Position numbers and translations under genes: made by a program. A stretch of DNA of 64,000 nucleotides, taken from Acidimicrobiia bacterium (lineage in GTDB: Bacteria; Actinomycetota; Acidimicrobiia; Spongiisociales; Spongiisociaceae). Below are positions 39,767 to 49,711 of this stretch, in pieces. The notes beneath the pieces are model-generated. The model had not been told where the DNA came from. It made no database searches and worked only from the letters and a program-made list of their open reading frames with translations. How positions within the stretch are numbered: position 1 is the first letter of the stretch; the number at the start of each line of letters is the position of its first letter. The stretch is from assembly GCA_041576165.1 (NCBI GenBank), contig JBFGLM010000001.1, positions 32,001 through 96,000 on the forward strand, read 5' to 3'.

Positions 39767-41149
39767 ATGACAGTCGATCTACCAGAGGTGAGCTGGTTGA
39801 AGGACTTGAGGGGCCGTCGGGATGCCGCCACCATCGTCATCGGCGTGCTGGTCGCCGTGTGCGTGGCCGCCGCCTCGGCGCTGTTTGCCCAAAGTGACCA
39901 GACGGTGCGCGCAATCGACAGCTCCTACGAGCTACAGCACACCGAGGAGGCGCTATCGGCCACGACCGCCCTCCGGGCCGCCTTGGCAGTTTCGTTGCTG
40001 ATAGCAGACGCCCGGGCAGAAGGCCGGGTATCTGATGAAGAGCGCGACGTTGCCCTGGCGGATCTGGCCGCCATCTCGGCCGAGCTCACATCGAGGGTCG
40101 ACCGAATCGAACCGCTCGGGGGCGGCGCGCCGGACCTCGCGTCGCACGCTCGCAATCTCGATGCGTCGGTCGCATCCTTCATCGGCCTGATCGAAGAGAC
40201 GGACCTCGCAGGCGCCCAAGCGGAGGCGACCCGTCAATCGATCCCCGCGCTGGAAAGACTCGAGTCGGAGCTGGAGTTGCGCCGTTCCGACGCGCTCGAA
40301 CGCCTCGGCCGCGAGCAGGGCCAGGCCGGGACCATGGCGCGGGCGGCCAGCATCGCGGTGGCACTCCTGGTCCCGCTCGTCGCCCTCGCCGGATTCAGGA
40401 TCATCCAACGGCGACGCCAGCAGGAGCGTGAGCTGAAGCTGGCCCTCCGGCACGAGGAGGAGCGATCAGCGGTCAAAGACCAGATGATCGCCAATGTGAG
40501 CCACCAGCTACGCACTCCCCTGACCGGCATCTACGGGATGGCCGTGGCGATGCTCGAACAAGGTTTCGAGGACGAAGAGTTCAGCCTCGACGCGACCGAG
40601 ATGATCGTGGCCGAGGCCGACGGTCTGGCGCGTATGGTCGATGACCTGCTCATTGCGACCAAACTCGACAATTCAGAGATCGCGATGGTTCCGGAACGTT
40701 TGGAGCCCGCCTCGGTCATAGCTGAAGTGCTGGAGGGCACCCGCTTCCCCCAGCCGATCGAAGCCGCATGCGAGCCGGGTGAAGTGGTGGCGGACGGGAT
40801 TCGGCTGCGACAAGTGATCAGGAACCTGATCGCAAACGCAGTTGCCCACGGGGCCGGCCGACGATGCATCGAAGGACGCGTGGCCGGGGACTCGTACATC
40901 ATCAGCGTCATGGACCACGGCTCGGGGGTTGATGCAGCAACAGAGCCGCACCTGTTCAAGCGCTTCACGCGTTCGGAATCGGCCGAAGTCGCAACCGGGT
41001 CGCTCGGCATCGGGCTCGCCATCGCCTCCGAGCTGACGATTCTGATGGGCGGCGAGCTGACGTACCGGCGCGAACAGGGGATGACGGCGTTCGATCTGTC
41101 GCTGCCGCTCGCACGGATGACCACCGCAATCGTGCCCGCCGGCACCTGA
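39767..41149 (+). CDS. Membrane sensor histidine kinase
   Basis: Two TMs; SHQLRTPL, NLIANA, DHGSG, GIGL. Confidence 0.9.
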   Translation: MTVDLPEVSWLKDLRGRRDAATIVIGVLVAVCVAAASALFAQSDQTVRAIDSSYELQHTEEALSATTALRAALAVSLLIADARAEGRVSDEERDVALADLAAISAELTSRVDRIEPLGGGAPDLASHARNLDASVASFIGLIEETDLAGAQAEATRQSIPALERLESELELRRSDALERLGREQGQAGTMARAASIAVALLVPLVALAGFRIIQRRRQQERELKLALRHEEERSAVKDQMIANVSHQLRTPLTGIYGMAVAMLEQGFEDEEFSLDATEMIVAEADGLARMVDDLLIATKLDNSEIAMVPERLEPASVIAEVLEGTRFPQPIEAACEPGEVVADGIRLRQVIRNLIANAVAHGAGRRCIEGRVAGDSYIISVMDHGSGVDAATEPHLFKRFTRSESAEVATGSLGIGLAIASELTILMGGELTYRREQGMTAFDLSLPLARMTTAIVPAGT

Positions 41150-41162
41150 CGGAAGGTCCGTA

Positions 41163-42083
41163 TCAAACCGCTCGTTTGTAGGCCCCTGGCCGCGTCCCCA
41201 TCACCCGCAGGAAGGCGTTGCTGAAGGCGGCCTCGGTGGAATAGCCGACGGCACGGGCGGTCGACGCGACCGACGCGTCCTCCTCCCGGAGCAGCCGCGT
41301 CCCCAGGTGGACCCGCCAGCGGATGAGGTAGTCCGCCGGCGTCTCGCCCACCATCTCCTTGAACCGCGCGAAGAAGGTGGAGCGCGACATCCCCACTGCG
41401 TTTGCCAGCTCGGCCGCCGTCCACTGATGGTCAGGACGCCGGTGCAGCAATCCCAGCGCCAGCTGGACCTGAGGATCGCGCAAAGCACCCAGGAACCCCA
41501 CCGCCGCGGCCGGCAGCTGATTGATGTACTCGCGCAACAGGCAAACGATCAGCGCATCGGTCAAGCGCGCAACGATCGTCTCCGAGCCGGGGACGGGCCG
41601 GTCGACCTCACCAGCGATCAGCCCGATCAGCGTTTCGACCATCGTGGCCATCGCCCCGTCTTGGTCACGCACGTGGACCATCTGAGGCAACATCGAGAAC
41701 ACCGGATGGGCTTCTCCCCGGTCGAACTCGACGGTGCCGCAAATCAGCGAGGTGCGCGGTCCCTCACCCGCAACGACCAGATGACCCATCCCCCGCTCGT
41801 CGACCCGGGTCAGGCTCTCCATAGACTTGGTTGGACGGTCGGGGGCATCGGACATCAGGTGATTGTCGCCGTGGGGCATCAACACCACGTCGCCCCGCTC
41901 CAGGAGTTGCGGCCGTCCGTTCTCAACGAGTTGGGCCCACGCACGACCCCGCACGACGGCGTGGAAGATGCCCGTCGTCAAGTGGCCCGACTCGAAGCCC
42001 CACGGCGCCGCCAGCGAGGCCCGCGAGAACACCGAGCCCCGCATACGGACCGAGCTGAGTATATCGGTAAGTGCATCCGACAC
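41163..42083 (-). CDS. AraC-family transcriptional regulator with cupin domain
   Basis: DALTDIL..APWG..FHAVVRG; WTAAELA..GMSRS..F..GYSTEAAFSNAF. Confidence 0.92.
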   Translation of the reverse strand: MSDALTDILSSVRMRGSVFSRASLAAPWGFESGHLTTGIFHAVVRGRAWAQLVENGRPQLLERGDVVLMPHGDNHLMSDAPDRPTKSMESLTRVDERGMGHLVVAGEGPRTSLICGTVEFDRGEAHPVFSMLPQMVHVRDQDGAMATMVETLIGLIAGEVDRPVPGSETIVARLTDALIVCLLREYINQLPAAAVGFLGALRDPQVQLALGLLHRRPDHQWTAAELANAVGMSRSTFFARFKEMVGETPADYLIRWRVHLGTRLLREEDASVASTARAVGYSTEAAFSNAFLRVMGTRPGAYKRAV

Positions 42084-42184
42084 AGGATCTTCGGACTTTC
42101 CAATAAGAAATACCGACTAACGAATATTACTTCATCTCTCTTCACAGATTACATTGCTGATAACGGCATGCAAGGAGCAAACCC

Positions 42185-42445
42185 ATGCGCAAGGAACACC
42201 TGGCCGCCATCGCCAACTTCTTTTTCCCGGGCGCCGGATATCTGATCGCGGGGGTCAAGCAAGGCCTGGCGATCTTGTGGCTGGCCGGTGTGATCGGCCT
42301 GACCTATGTCGAGTTCGGCATTCGAGAGTCCGAGCCCACACTGTATGCGATCATGTTCGGTTCCGTCTTCCTGATGAACATCGCCTTCGCCATCGACGTC
42401 TTCAGGATTGCCCGAGGGGAATCCCGCGAGCTCGCCTCCACCTGA
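42185..42445 (+). CDS. Small membrane protein, divergent from the AraC regulator
   Basis: AAGGAG Shine-Dalgarno; NFFFPGAGY; three hydrophobic segments. Confidence 0.7.
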   Translation: MRKEHLAAIANFFFPGAGYLIAGVKQGLAILWLAGVIGLTYVEFGIRESEPTLYAIMFGSVFLMNIAFAIDVFRIARGESRELAST

Positions 42446-42730
42446 GCCCGCCGCCCGCGTGGCCCACCCCGCGGGCCCGCGAAAAATCTCCCAAAGCTGG
42501 GAACCACAAAACTAGTCACTGACCGTGACGCGACCACGCAACGTGGTATTGTGAGCCCAGTCTTCCGCCGGCCGCTGAGCTGGCACATGGTCCGGGCTCT
42601 GCCCGGACCACCGGAAGAGCTTGGGGGGTGGAGCTGCGGGCAGGGGTCGCCCGCAGCTCTCTCGCGTACATACCGGTCGCCGGCGGGAAGGTTGGCCGGA
42701 GGACGCCCCGGCCTAGATAGTCTCTGATGC

Positions 42731-43234
42731 ATGGAGATTCGCCCGCCCGATCCCTCCGAACACGACGCCCTGGCGGCCCTCGCCGTGCGCGCGTATATGG
42801 CCGTACCCGGGATCGAACGCTATGCCGACCATTTGGGTGAGCTTCGTGACGTCGCCGGCCGGGTACACGACAACGTCGTGCTCGTCGCGTACATCGGGGG
42901 CCGCCCGGTCGGGCTGGTGACCTACGTTCCTGGACACGACAGCCCCCTGGCGGAGTTCGAAGATCGGGACGCGGCCGGTATCCGGGCACTTGCCGTCGAT
43001 CCCGGCTACCAGCGCCGCGGGATCGGCAGAGCGCTCACCGTCGCCTGCCTCGATCAGGCGCGAGCCGACGGCCGCCGGCTGGTTGTGCTGCATACCACGG
43101 ACGAGCTGGTCGCCGCTCACAAGCTCTACGGGTCGATGGGCTTCGAGCGCGATCCTGCTCGCAACTATTCGGCGGATGGGATCAACCTCTCCGGCTATGT
43201 ATACCGGCTCGAGGAACAGGCCGATTCGCCATGA
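42731..43234 (+). CDS. GNAT N-acetyltransferase
   Basis: LAVDPGYQRRGIGRAL, AHKLYGSMGF. Confidence 0.88.
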   Translation: MEIRPPDPSEHDALAALAVRAYMAVPGIERYADHLGELRDVAGRVHDNVVLVAYIGGRPVGLVTYVPGHDSPLAEFEDRDAAGIRALAVDPGYQRRGIGRALTVACLDQARADGRRLVVLHTTDELVAAHKLYGSMGFERDPARNYSADGINLSGYVYRLEEQADSP

Positions 43235-43320
43235 TCCAACCGTGCAGGGGCCGGACCGCGTCACGTTTCCGCTGGCGCAGGCGGGCTGGGTAGACCACCC
43301 AGGGGACCGCCGCCTCCGGC

Positions 43321-44850
43321 TCAGTGGTGGTGGCGTTCGAAGATCTCTCGAACCGCCCCGATAGTGTCGGCGTCATCGGCCGACTTATCCGGCCGGAACC
43401 CCTTTACCCGCGCGAAGCGCAGGGCCATGCCGCCCGGGTACCGGCTGCTCGACTGGACGCCGTCGAATGCAACCTCGACAACCAGCTCGGGCCGAACCGT
43501 GACCTGCCACCCGTTCTCGTCGATCGCCAGCGACTTGAGCCGGTCTGTCTGCCATTCGAGCATGTCATCGGTCAACCCTTTGAACGTCTTGCCGAGCATC
43601 ACGAAGCCACCCGCATCCGGATCGCGGGCTCCCAGGTGGAGATTGGACAGCCACCCGGTGCGGCGTCCGTGACCCCATTCGGCCGCCAGGACCACCAGAT
43701 CAAGGGTGTGGCTCGGTTTCAGCTTGAGCCAAGAGGCGCCTCGCCGTCCCGCCGCATACGGGGCTGTGAGTGACTTGATCATGATGCCCTCGTGGCCGGC
43801 TGCCAGCGCCTCGCCCAGGAAACTCTCGGCCCGGTTCCGGTCCGAGGTCACGAGCTGAGGTATCCGGTAGCGCTCGGGCACTGCCGACATCAGCAGCTCG
43901 AGCCGGCGACGCCCGTCTTCATCGACCGTGTCGGTGCCGCTCAGATGCAGAATGTCGAAGAAATACGGCGTGAGGGGCATCCCACTCGCCCCATCGTCCG
44001 GCTGGCGCCCGAACCGGCCCATCGTCACCTGAAACGGAAGCGGACGCCCGTCGTCGCGGAGGGCGATCACCTCGCCGTCGAGTACGAACCGGGTAGCCGG
44101 GAAGGACCGGACGATCTCGACGACCTCGGGCGATCGATCGGTGACGTCCTTGAGGTTACGCGTGAACAGCCGCACCTCGTTGCCGTTGCGGTGCACCTGG
44201 ACCCTGGCCCCGTCCAGCTTCCACTCGAGAAGAACCGCGCCGGCATCCGGAATCGCCTCGTCCAAAGAATCCGCCGGTTTGGCCAGCATTGGCTGGAGTG
44301 GCCGGAATAGCTCGAGGCCCACCCGGGCGAGGCCCTCCCCGCCTTCAGTCATCGCGGTCTCAGCCACGTCCGGTAGATCACCGTGCAGCATGTGCGCCCG
44401 GCGCACGGCTGCGGGTTGGACCCCGGCCGCGATGGCAATTGCCTCGATCATCACGCCGTCGAGGGCACCCTGGCGCATCTCGCCCAAAAACAAACGCGAG
44501 ATGAACTCCTGTTCCTCGCGGGTGGCCCGACCGTACACCGCCCGCAGAGCGTCGATCTTCTGGATCTGGGACCCGGGCCCGGTGATCGCCCTCAACTCCT
44601 CGGCCAGTCCGTCGATGTTCTGCACCGTGAGGTTGGCCGACGTGGATGGGGAAACGTCGAGATCTCGAATGGTGGCGTAGCCGACCCCGACCTTGCCCTG
44701 TCGCAGCTCGCCGGTCAGAAAGCCGACTACCAACGGTATTTCCGTTTCATCCGCTGCTGAGAGCAGGTCCGCCAGCCGGGCGATCTTGGCCTTCCGCCCG
44801 GACACCTCGGCGACGTCCCGCGACGCTGTGACTACGTCGGCGAGGAGCAT
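43321..44850 (-). CDS. ligB: ATP-dependent DNA ligase (actinobacterial LigB type)
   Basis: EWKLDGARVQVH, LDGE, FDIL, EGIMIK, WLKLK, GKTFKG, LRFAR. Confidence 0.93.
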   Translation of the reverse strand: MLLADVVTASRDVAEVSGRKAKIARLADLLSAADETEIPLVVGFLTGELRQGKVGVGYATIRDLDVSPSTSANLTVQNIDGLAEELRAITGPGSQIQKIDALRAVYGRATREEQEFISRLFLGEMRQGALDGVMIEAIAIAAGVQPAAVRRAHMLHGDLPDVAETAMTEGGEGLARVGLELFRPLQPMLAKPADSLDEAIPDAGAVLLEWKLDGARVQVHRNGNEVRLFTRNLKDVTDRSPEVVEIVRSFPATRFVLDGEVIALRDDGRPLPFQVTMGRFGRQPDDGASGMPLTPYFFDILHLSGTDTVDEDGRRRLELLMSAVPERYRIPQLVTSDRNRAESFLGEALAAGHEGIMIKSLTAPYAAGRRGASWLKLKPSHTLDLVVLAAEWGHGRRTGWLSNLHLGARDPDAGGFVMLGKTFKGLTDDMLEWQTDRLKSLAIDENGWQVTVRPELVVEVAFDGVQSSSRYPGGMALRFARVKGFRPDKSADDADTIGAVREIFERHHH

Positions 44851-44911
44851 GAAGCATCGAATCTACCTGTTCCACGACGGAACGGAACCGCGCAGCCTGC
44901 ATTAAGGGTCC

Positions 44912-46402
44912 ATGGCACGGTCCCGGGATGTACGGTCGTACGCACCTACCGAGCTGCCTACCGCGAGGCGCACGGTGGAAGCGGCACGACGAAAGCAGGC
45001 ATCCGTGAGATTGCGCCGGGCCGTTGGCCGCGGATGGGGATCGACCCGGGAAGAGCAGTTCCGGCCGCTCCCCGGAGACGAAATCATCCCGCAGCCGGCA
45101 TGCGCCACCACCCACGCGATCACCATTGACTCCGGACCTCACGACGTCTGGCCATGGCTGGTTCAAATGGGCTACGGCCGCGGCGGCTGGTACACGCCCG
45201 CCTTCGTCGACCGCTTGTGGGGCGTTCGCAACCCCAGTACCGATGAGATCCTCGGCGAATGTCAGCACCTGGCGGTGGGTGACATCATCTTGGACGGCCC
45301 GCCGGGAACGGCTGTATTTCGCGTGGAGGGGGTCGATCCGCCGCGTTCCCTGCTTCTCCATTCCCGCCGTCATCCCGTGACGGGTGTTGCCCCCGACCCC
45401 GCCGGCCCCCGACCCGGCCCGTACGTGGACTTCAGCTGGTCCTTTGTGCTCGAACCGATCGCGCCGGATGCCACCCGCCTGCTGCTGCGCGCCCGGAGCA
45501 ACGCTTCACCCGCCTGGCTGAACTTGTTCGCCCGGGCGGTACTCACACGCATCGACATCGTGATGGGCCGCTGGATGCTGCGGGGCATCCGACGACGGGC
45601 CGAGTCGGGACCGCTGCGCCGTCGTGCGACGCCCCCGTCACGGCGAATGATCCTGGATGCCTCCCGTGCCACCAGGCGCAACTCGGCAACCGGATTCTTC
45701 CAGTGTGACGTGACCGCAGCGCGGGGTCTGCTGGCATCCCGGCGTGATGAGAGCAACCGTCCGTTGTCACTCACCGCTTTCGTATGTGGCGCCCTGGCCC
45801 GGGCGGTGGCAGCCGAGCCACTGGCCAACTCGGTACTGGACTTGCGCAACCGAGTTGTGAGCTTCGACGATGTGGATCTGATGGTGATGATCGAATCGGA
45901 GGTCGACGGTCGTTCTGCCCCGATCGGCCGGATCATTCGCTCGGCGAACCGGAAGTCGGTCGAGGAGATCACCAATGAGTTGCGGCGGGCTCAGGCGGCT
46001 CCGCTGGCAGCAGAAGCCGGTCGGATGCTCCAGATGGGTCGATGGGTTCCCGCCCCACTACGACGGACGGTGCTGCGCTGGATCGATCGCAATCCGAGGC
46101 TCGCCAAACGAACCAAAGGAACCGTTTCCGTCTCATCGGTCGGAATGTTTGCTCGCGGCGGCGGATGGGGCCTGGGCGCCCTTCACCACACCGTCGGCGT
46201 GATCGTGGGGGGTATCACGGCTCGGTCCGTTGAGAAGGACGGTCGGCTGGATACCCGGGAGTTTCTCAGCATCACATTCTCGGTCGATCACGACATCATC
46301 GACGGCGCCCCGGCCGCCCGAGTGGCCGCGGAGATGCGCCGGATCATCGAAAGTCCAGGCGCGGCGATGATGAGTGGAGCGCCCCAGACGGCCGCTCGCT
46401 GA
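44912..46402 (+). CDS. Fusion of an SRPBCC-like domain and a 2-oxoacid dehydrogenase E2-type acyltransferase domain; start uncertain
   Basis: PLPGDE..THAITID..VWPWLVQMGYGRGGWY; C-terminal GTVSVSSVG..SVDHDIIDGAPAARV (HxxxDG). Confidence 0.7.
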   Translation: MARSRDVRSYAPTELPTARRTVEAARRKQASVRLRRAVGRGWGSTREEQFRPLPGDEIIPQPACATTHAITIDSGPHDVWPWLVQMGYGRGGWYTPAFVDRLWGVRNPSTDEILGECQHLAVGDIILDGPPGTAVFRVEGVDPPRSLLLHSRRHPVTGVAPDPAGPRPGPYVDFSWSFVLEPIAPDATRLLLRARSNASPAWLNLFARAVLTRIDIVMGRWMLRGIRRRAESGPLRRRATPPSRRMILDASRATRRNSATGFFQCDVTAARGLLASRRDESNRPLSLTAFVCGALARAVAAEPLANSVLDLRNRVVSFDDVDLMVMIESEVDGRSAPIGRIIRSANRKSVEEITNELRRAQAAPLAAEAGRMLQMGRWVPAPLRRTVLRWIDRNPRLAKRTKGTVSVSSVGMFARGGGWGLGALHHTVGVIVGGITARSVEKDGRLDTREFLSITFSVDHDIIDGAPAARVAAEMRRIIESPGAAMMSGAPQTAAR

Positions 46403-46448
46403 CGACCCGACTGACCGATCGGCTCGAGTACATCTACGCTGCTGCTCC

Positions 46449-48293
46449 ATGCGATTCGGTGTCTGTTATTACCCGGAACAGTGGCCACAGGAGCGTTGGC
46501 CCACAGACGCCGCCATGATGGCGGAAGCCGGTCTCGAACTGGTCCGCGTGGCCGAGTTTGCCTGGTCGTCGTACGAACCCGGGCGGGGTCGCTTCGAGTT
46601 TGGCTGGCTGGACCAGGCTCTCGACGTCTTGGCTGCGCACGATCTGGGGATCGTGATGTGCACTCCTACCGCCACCCCGCCCGTGTGGCTCGTGCGGGAA
46701 CGTCCAGAGGTCCTGTCTGTCGGACCGGACGGGCGGCGACGAGCCTACGGCTCGCGGCGTCATACCTGCGTGACCGCACCCGCCTACCGGGAGGAAGCAG
46801 CCCGAGTGGTGGACGTCCTGCTGGATAGGTATGCCGATCATCCCGCCATCGTGGGATGGCAGGTCGACAATGAGCCGGGAAATCATGATTCCGCCCGCTG
46901 CTGGTGCGACGCCTGCCAGGCGGCATTCGGCACGTGGCTGGAGGACCGGTTCGACACCGTCGACGCGTTGAACGAGGCGTGGGGTACGGCGTTCTGGTCG
47001 ATGACGTATCCCGATTTTGCGGCTGTGCGTCTACCGGTCCCGACGGTAACCTCTCACAACCCTTCGCTGCTGCTCGCCCATCGGCAATTTGCGTCCAGGC
47101 AAACCCTCGACTTCCTGCGCAACCAGTTCCAACAGATCGAGTCTCGCGTGACCGCCGATGTGATGCTCACCACTAACTTCTACGGCGAGGACACGGCCGT
47201 CGACCAGCGAGCTGCGTCCCGGCTGGGCGGTCACGCCGCGGTCGACAGCTACCCCCATGGGCCGCGGGATCCGATGATCACCGCATACCACCTCGACCTC
47301 ACCCACTGGGCACCGGGCGGCGACGGCGGGGCATGGGTCATGGAACAGCAACCGGGACCCATCAACTGGACACCGGACAACCCGCCGGTACCCGACGGCC
47401 AGGTGCGGGTCTGGACCTGGCAGGTCGCGCTTCACGGATTCGACGCGCTGCTGTACTTCCGCTGGAGGCCGGCCCGAGGCGGGCAGGAGATGTATCACTC
47501 GGGGTTGTTGCGTCACGACGGTACGCCCCGGGCTGCGCTGGCCGAGGTCGGGGACACGATTCGCGAGCTACGGGGATCCGGAAGGGTGCCGCCCCCGGCA
47601 CCCTCGGTGGCGCTCCTCCAGTCCTACGACGACGCATGGGCCATCGAAGTCAACCCACATCGCCGTGGTCTGACGCACCGAGATCTGCAGCTGGGTGCTT
47701 ATGTGGCGGCCCGACGGCTCGGCCTTGACGTGGCGATCGTCGACCCGGAGGACGATCTCACTCCGTATGACTGGATCCTGGCGCCGGCTCTGCACGTGGC
47801 AACCGAGAAGCGGGTGGCCGCGCTCGTGAACGCGATCAATCGAGGCAGCCGGCTCGTCATCGGTCCCCGCAGCCTGGTGGTTGATCGGCATGGCAAGATC
47901 TCGGATCGCCCTCTGCCCCATGGGCTGACCGACCTCCTTGGAGCCCGGGTGGACGAGATGCTCAGCCAGACCGAACCGCTCACGGTGGAGCCGTGGGGTA
48001 CTCCGGCGGGCGTATGGACCGATGTGCTCGAAGTGGCAGGCGGAGAGGTGGTGGCCACGTACGCCGGCGGGACCTCTCTCGACGGCCGGCCCGCCATCGT
48101 TCGCAGCGGCAATCTGGTCTATGTCGGATGCTCCGACGCGGGTACTTGGACGCGGTTTCTGGCCGGTGTGACCGATCGGGTGCCCCGGCCGGACCATCAG
48201 GAGGTGTTCGAGCGCACCGGGGGGGTGGGAGCTCGTAGCTGGCGGGCGACGATCGACCACCGAACACTCGACGTAGCGATCACCCTGCGCTGA
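46449..48293 (+). CDS. Beta-galactosidase (GH42)
   Basis: YYPEQW, AEFAWS, TATPP, WQVDNE, LNEAWGTAFWS, MEQQPG, YFRWR..EMYH. Confidence 0.93.
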   Translation: MRFGVCYYPEQWPQERWPTDAAMMAEAGLELVRVAEFAWSSYEPGRGRFEFGWLDQALDVLAAHDLGIVMCTPTATPPVWLVRERPEVLSVGPDGRRRAYGSRRHTCVTAPAYREEAARVVDVLLDRYADHPAIVGWQVDNEPGNHDSARCWCDACQAAFGTWLEDRFDTVDALNEAWGTAFWSMTYPDFAAVRLPVPTVTSHNPSLLLAHRQFASRQTLDFLRNQFQQIESRVTADVMLTTNFYGEDTAVDQRAASRLGGHAAVDSYPHGPRDPMITAYHLDLTHWAPGGDGGAWVMEQQPGPINWTPDNPPVPDGQVRVWTWQVALHGFDALLYFRWRPARGGQEMYHSGLLRHDGTPRAALAEVGDTIRELRGSGRVPPPAPSVALLQSYDDAWAIEVNPHRRGLTHRDLQLGAYVAARRLGLDVAIVDPEDDLTPYDWILAPALHVATEKRVAALVNAINRGSRLVIGPRSLVVDRHGKISDRPLPHGLTDLLGARVDEMLSQTEPLTVEPWGTPAGVWTDVLEVAGGEVVATYAGGTSLDGRPAIVRSGNLVYVGCSDAGTWTRFLAGVTDRVPRPDHQEVFERTGGVGARSWRATIDHRTLDVAITLR

Positions 48294-49650
48294 ACCCGCT
48301 TCGGCCGCCCGGGACCTGGAGTATTCGGGGCATGCGCAACTGAAAAACCGTCCATCCGCCATCGCGCAGATACCTCAGGTCGCCCTCCATGAGCTCGGCC
48401 AGCTTCCTGCTGATGGACAGCCCGATGCCGACCGAGTCGGCGGAGTGGCGGGCAGTGCGCGTCCGTTCGTACGGGCGGAACGCACGCTCGGCATCGCCCG
48501 GCGGCAGCCCGTCACCGTCATCGCACACCTTGACGATGATGTGCCTGACGTCTTCTCCCAGCCGGATTTCGATCTTTGGCCCACCGTAGCGCTGCGCATT
48601 GGTGAGGAGGTTGCGCACGATCTGGCGGAACCGGGCCGGGTCTCCAGAGCAATACAGGTCCCGTTCGGCCGGATCCGGCGGGGAAATCCGCTCTCCGGCG
48701 AAGTCGAGACCGGCTACCACCGCCGCCACCTCGGCCAGCACGTCGATCTCCTCACATTCGACGGCGAGGTGCCCGAGATCTGCCCGGGCCGACACCAGTA
48801 GATCGTCCACCATGTGCGCCACGTCTTGAGCCTGGCGGTGCAACACGGCGGTCATGGCCTCACGGTCCTCCGCGGCCATCGCCTCACCCTCACTCCTCAG
48901 AACCTGGGCATAACCAACGACCGCTGACAGCGGCGTCCGCACTTCGTGGGAGACCGAAGCGAGCAGTTGCATCCGGGCCTCGGCCAGATGCTGCATATCA
49001 CGTTCTCGAGAGCGCTGCTCGGTGATGTCGTGGATGGTGACCACCACCCGGGAGTAATCGGGCCGGCCTCGCTCCTCCGGTATCACCATCGTCAGCCGGG
49101 CGTCGAACACCGATCCGTCGGCATGAGCCCCGTTGAACTCGATGAGTGCCGAGCGCTGTCCCGTCCATACCGTTTCGAGCTGACGGGTCCAAGAAACGTG
49201 CGACCCCTCATTGATGATCGCGGGATCCACGGGACCCATGACCTCGTCGCGCGGCTTGCCGATGACTTCAACCCCCGCCGGGTTGATGGCTGTGATCCGG
49301 ATCCGGGAAACGGCGGCGGCCAGGCGGTCGGGCCGGCCGGCCAGATAGCCGGCGAGGTCAGCGACTCCTTGCAGCCGGAGTTCGGCCATCCACTCCACCA
49401 CGTCGGTGTAGTCCTGAGCCATGGTGGGCGCAGGCGATTCCCGAAACAGCTCCTTGAACGACATCCCGCCTGGCGCTGCCGGGGCCGATTGCTGGGCTGC
49501 GAGGTTGGTCAGGAACTGCTTCCAATCTTCCCGGTCAGACGGTGGGCTTTCGGTCGATAGACCCGATTCGGCCAGCGCGCGAGCAACAGCCGGACCGAGC
49601 TCCGGTTCGAGGCTCCCGAGGAGCCGCAACGGTCGGCCGTGCTCAGGCAT
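48280..49650 (-). CDS. Cytoplasmic PAS-domain histidine kinase
   Basis: PAS ending HDITEQ; SHEVRTPL, NLLTNA, DDGDG, GIGL; no TM. Confidence 0.9.
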   Translation of the reverse strand: MPEHGRPLRLLGSLEPELGPAVARALAESGLSTESPPSDREDWKQFLTNLAAQQSAPAAPGGMSFKELFRESPAPTMAQDYTDVVEWMAELRLQGVADLAGYLAGRPDRLAAAVSRIRITAINPAGVEVIGKPRDEVMGPVDPAIINEGSHVSWTRQLETVWTGQRSALIEFNGAHADGSVFDARLTMVIPEERGRPDYSRVVVTIHDITEQRSRERDMQHLAEARMQLLASVSHEVRTPLSAVVGYAQVLRSEGEAMAAEDREAMTAVLHRQAQDVAHMVDDLLVSARADLGHLAVECEEIDVLAEVAAVVAGLDFAGERISPPDPAERDLYCSGDPARFRQIVRNLLTNAQRYGGPKIEIRLGEDVRHIIVKVCDDGDGLPPGDAERAFRPYERTRTARHSADSVGIGLSISRKLAELMEGDLRYLRDGGWTVFQLRMPRILQVPGGRSGFSAG

Positions 49651-49711
49651 GCGATTCAGTTATCGGCGTAGAACCGCCAGGAGCTGAACATCCGGGTTCC
49701 GCACCTACAGA

